A stretch of 59,191 bases of DNA, filler included. It is 5 parts of 5 records of this genome, joined end to end, with 100 filler letters (N's around TTAATTAATTAA, not from the genome) between each part and the next. Parts side by side here need not be neighbours in the genome. Positions count along the whole stretch, not along the records: positions 51,166 to 59,191 come from DRR723986_18093; 4 more parts are not named here. One strand, written 5' to 3'. A program made the position numbers and the translations under genes. Positions 56,417-59,191 of this stretch are shown one piece after another (the first letter of the stretch is position 1; each line of letters starts with the position of its first letter). The notes below the pieces were generated by a model, which did no database searches, was not told where the DNA came from, and saw only the letters and a program-made list of their open reading frames with translations.

Positions 56417-56794
56417 ATGAAGAAACTTCTGACTCTCGGACTGGGCATTGTAACCATGTCCCTTTCGATCTCCGCTTGCAGCCAGGAAGGCGCCAAGCCT
56501 GAAAACGAAGCACCGGCAACTGAGCAAACTTCGTCCGCAGTCGAAAACGCAGAAACACCTGCAGTTCACGCTGCTGATGCAAAAACAGTCAAAGTCTCGA
56601 TTGACGGCATGACTTGTACTTCCTGCGTTGGTCGTGTTGATGAAGCATTAGCAGGTCTTGAGGGTGTTTCCAGCAAGAACGTCAGCCTTGAAGACAATCA
56701 GTGTACGGTAACTTACGATCCGGCTCAAACGGACGAGAAGCAGATCGTAGCTGCTATTGAGAAGCTCGAATACAAAGCCGAGCTGATCAATTGA
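56417..56794 (+). CDS. Lipoprotein with a heavy-metal-associated (HMA) domain
   Basis: Lipobox ISA-C, an Ala/Glu/Pro linker and the GMTCTSC metal-binding loop. Confidence 0.9.
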   Translation: MKKLLTLGLGIVTMSLSISACSQEGAKPENEAPATEQTSSAVENAETPAVHAADAKTVKVSIDGMTCTSCVGRVDEALAGLEGVSSKNVSLEDNQCTVTYDPAQTDEKQIVAAIEKLEYKAELIN

Positions 56795-56869
56795 TTTGCG
56801 TTCCATTTTCGATCAAATCGGCAGCTGCAGTATTTGATTGAATTTGAAGGTCCCGAACGTCACAAATAG

Positions 56870-56905
56870 AAAAAGACCGCCTCCAAAAGGAAGCGGTCTT
56901 TTTTT
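56870..56905. terminator. Bidirectional intrinsic terminator
   Basis: AAAAAGACCGC-CTCCAAAAGGAA-GCGGTCTTTTTTT between convergent genes. Confidence 0.85.
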
Positions 56906-56972
56906 GTTCATTTTTTACCAAGAGCCGTCAGAATATGCCCGGCAGTATCTAAGTCCGGCCGGGCAAGTTCAA

Positions 56973-58037
56973 TTATTTGATTGTCAGCGTCTCAAGTGCT
57001 TTGTTGAAGACCGGGCTCCACTTGGCGGCTTCAGGCTCGTAGTAGTACACACTTACGCGGTACATGTTCTCACCTTTGATTGCAAAGTAGATTGTGCCTT
57101 TGACTTGGTTGGCACGAATGGCACCGCGTGAATCTGTGATTTTGCGCGCGTCCAGACCGGCGAGCTTGGCAGGCTGGATACTTGCGGCTTTGTACAGATT
57201 CTGGTTTTCAGCAGCAATTTTGTCGAGGTCTTTTTGTTTGGAAGCATCAAAGACTTCAACCTGCATGTAACAATCGCTTGGTGCATTTTCACCATCGCCA
57301 ATAAACTTGGCGCCCTGTTTGGCGCTGGCACTGCGTTGTTTGCTGCTCTTGAAGTTGGCAGGTAACATCATGCTGTAGCCATTGCCACCCATACGCTTGC
57401 TTTCGGCTGCGATTTCAAACACGTCACCACCTTCAAAGATGGTATCAACGCGTGCCACGAAGGGCGAATCGTAGGCCAGCTCTACGGATTTCAGCATCTC
57501 ATTAAACTGGGGCTCAAGGCTTGCAAAGGTGCCGCCAAAAGCCAGCATCTCAACCATAGTCACAACCGTGTCATCTTTAACGCCAAAGTAACGACGTCCG
57601 CGATACTCACCGTCAGGATAGGTTGGGAAGGCAACTTCAAACATTTTGCCGGTGTCACCCTGCGCAAAGATGTGCTGCGTCACAGGTGTGTACAGGCTTG
57701 CATCGTCAAATTCTTTAGTGTTTTCGATCAACTCATCAATTGATTCAGTTGTATCGAGGTCAAAAACGCGGATGGCAACTTTGGCACCGGGCTCACCTTC
57801 ACCGAAGCGTGTAAAACGGCCGACGACGGATTCAGATGAATAGAAGTTGGCCTGATCGCCGACTTTACGACGTTCAACCCACTTGCCAGGCACCTTCATT
57901 TTGAAGTTCATAGCGCCATCTTCAAATGAGGCCAAAGAATCGATCGTAACTTTGGGTTTCGGTTTTTCAGAGCCACAGGAAGACAGAATCAGGACCATGC
58001 ACGCCATGGCGAGAATGGGCACGCTGCGAACAGTCAT
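56973..58037 (-). CDS. Lipoprotein with two putative PsbP/DcrB-like domains
   Basis: Lipobox LSS-C and two repeats of the F/Y-x-M-x-x-P-x-x-W/F...F..ML.S/T pattern. Confidence 0.6.
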   Translation of the reverse strand: MTVRSVPILAMACMVLILSSCGSEKPKPKVTIDSLASFEDGAMNFKMKVPGKWVERRKVGDQANFYSSESVVGRFTRFGEGEPGAKVAIRVFDLDTTESIDELIENTKEFDDASLYTPVTQHIFAQGDTGKMFEVAFPTYPDGEYRGRRYFGVKDDTVVTMVEMLAFGGTFASLEPQFNEMLKSVELAYDSPFVARVDTIFEGGDVFEIAAESKRMGGNGYSMMLPANFKSSKQRSASAKQGAKFIGDGENAPSDCYMQVEVFDASKQKDLDKIAAENQNLYKAASIQPAKLAGLDARKITDSRGAIRANQVKGTIYFAIKGENMYRVSVYYYEPEAAKWSPVFNKALETLTIK

Positions 58038-58277
58038 ACGGAGTTCCCGAGAAGTTGATAAGCAGAATAGAATAATTTTGACAGGACAAGATAAAAATTA
58101 CGCAAGCTGCAGAGAGTAGACAAACCTTTTTGTAGCGAACCGGCGCTGAGCGCGTCTCAGCCGTACTTCGGCGTATAATTTTTTGCGTCTTTTAGCACCT
58201 GCCGGCGGCGTAAAATTGCACAAAAGCCACATGGAATGTGCGCTCAGATCAGCAAAATTGCGTACCGAAACAGCGGC

Positions 58278-58757
58278 TCATTTTGCACTTGCCAGGCGTT
58301 TAATTGCAGGCGATTCCATGCGGTATAGGAACCACTCATCCATTTTGAAGGCCCCAATCGATTCATAGAAATCGATTGCCGACTTATTCCAATCGAGCAC
58401 GACCCACTCAAAGCGCGTGCAATCATTTTCGGCGGCACACTGCGCCAGGTGTACCATCAGGGCTTTACCGATCCCTTTACCGCGGAAGGGCGGATGCACA
58501 AACAGGTCTTCCAGATATAAACTCGGCCGCCCTTCCCAAGTAGAAAAGGTGAAGTAGTACAGGGCAAAACCAACGGCACGTCCGTCCCACTCAGCGATAA
58601 AACATTCAAAGCGGGGTTTGGCGCCAAAACCATGTTTACGGACATCTTCGGCTTTGACGTGCACTTTTTCGGGCGCACGTTCATACTCCCCAAGATCCTG
58701 AATCAGTTCCACAATCAGTTCGGCATCGGCTTCGGTAGCAAGGCGAATATTGAGCAT
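58278..58757 (-). CDS. GNAT N-acetyltransferase (SSAT/diamine acetyltransferase-like)
   Basis: IRLAT, FSTWEG..LYLEDLFV, RGKGIG, VLDWN..AIDFY. Confidence 0.92.
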   Translation of the reverse strand: MLNIRLATEADAELIVELIQDLGEYERAPEKVHVKAEDVRKHGFGAKPRFECFIAEWDGRAVGFALYYFTFSTWEGRPSLYLEDLFVHPPFRGKGIGKALMVHLAQCAAENDCTRFEWVVLDWNKSAIDFYESIGAFKMDEWFLYRMESPAIKRLASAK

Positions 58758-59191
58758 AGTATGTCAGTTTTGAATAGTAGCACTAATAATGGGATCAGCA
58801 GGAATCACTGTTGGCATGGACTTCCCACCGCAGTTTTCATACTTGCGGGCAATCTACGAATAAATGCAATCGCGGATGGCGTCAGCTCCCCCTTTGGCAG
58901 ATTGTTGGTTTGGTTCGGGTTTGTGGCTTGTGGTCTCATCTGATTTCTGAGCGCTGCGCCTCTGCACCTGCGGTTTGGCGGCTGGCTGTTTCTTTTTGTT
59001 TGTCTTTGCGTCAGCAGGCGCAGGAGTTTGAGCGGCATCCGCGGGAGTTTGGGGTGTTGGTGGGAGCTGGTGATAGGCTGAGGTGGAACGCCTTGGCAAT
59101 CGGATTTGGGTGAGGGAGATTGCGGCCCGGGAGGTGCTGCGATTTTGGGGCTGGTGGGGTGAATGGATTGGCCGATTAGCTCGAATTCTGG

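Noticed and set aside
58805-59191. Pro/Gln/Ala-rich minus-strand frames open to the window end
   Set aside because: Two frames are open and both are low-complexity, so I cannot tell which, if either, is coding.
39130-59191. Many 60-175 aa ORFs overlapping longer genes in the GC-richer segments (also in segment 1)
   Set aside because: These are antisense or alternate-frame shadows of well-supported genes and carry no motifs of their own.

Overview
This is not one replicon. It is five unrelated contig fragments joined by artificial 100-nt linkers (N44-TTAATTAATTAA-N44), so gene neighbourhoods must not be read across the junctions. Segment 1 (1-12225, FCB-group-like; taxonomy is inference) carries a PepSY-like lipoprotein, two c-type heme proteins, a receiver/thioredoxin-reductase-like fusion, DoxX, an OmpA-family protein and a cNMP-domain/aspartase fusion. 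It ends in about 1.3 kb with no credible gene, containing a candidate ~480-nt highly structured RNA with its own terminator and possibly a second, divergent structured RNA cut by the contig end. Segment 2 (12326-24151, AT-rich Bacteroidota, Cyclobacteriaceae-like) carries a DUF6600-like protein, SulP, a serine hydrolase, DegP, a large MscS, a cold-shock protein, SixA and REP-like palindromes. Segment 3 (24252-39029, AT-rich Flavobacteriales-like) carries an operon of a fibre-like 'WxDYVF' protein, a T9SS-sorted glycoside-hydrolase-like protein, a tandem A-B-A'-B'(broken) lipoprotein array and a beta-barrel, followed by glycosyltransferases, SppA, ManC, SprT and a PKD/T9SS protein. Segment 4 (39130-51065, Planctomycetota-like) carries a membrane phosphatase, a VOC protein, a B12 radical SAM enzyme, a VHL-beta/zinc-peptidase fusion, an MFS transporter, a PmoA-like protein and DUF885. 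Segment 5 (51166-59191) carries two-component genes, a YciO/Sua5 protein, an HMA lipoprotein and a GNAT. No rRNA, tRNA, CRISPR array, integrase or transposase was recognised. The best novelty candidates are the orphan structured RNA(s) in segment 1 and the T9SS cargo plus variable-lipoprotein array in segment 3. All calls were made by eye, with no database searches.
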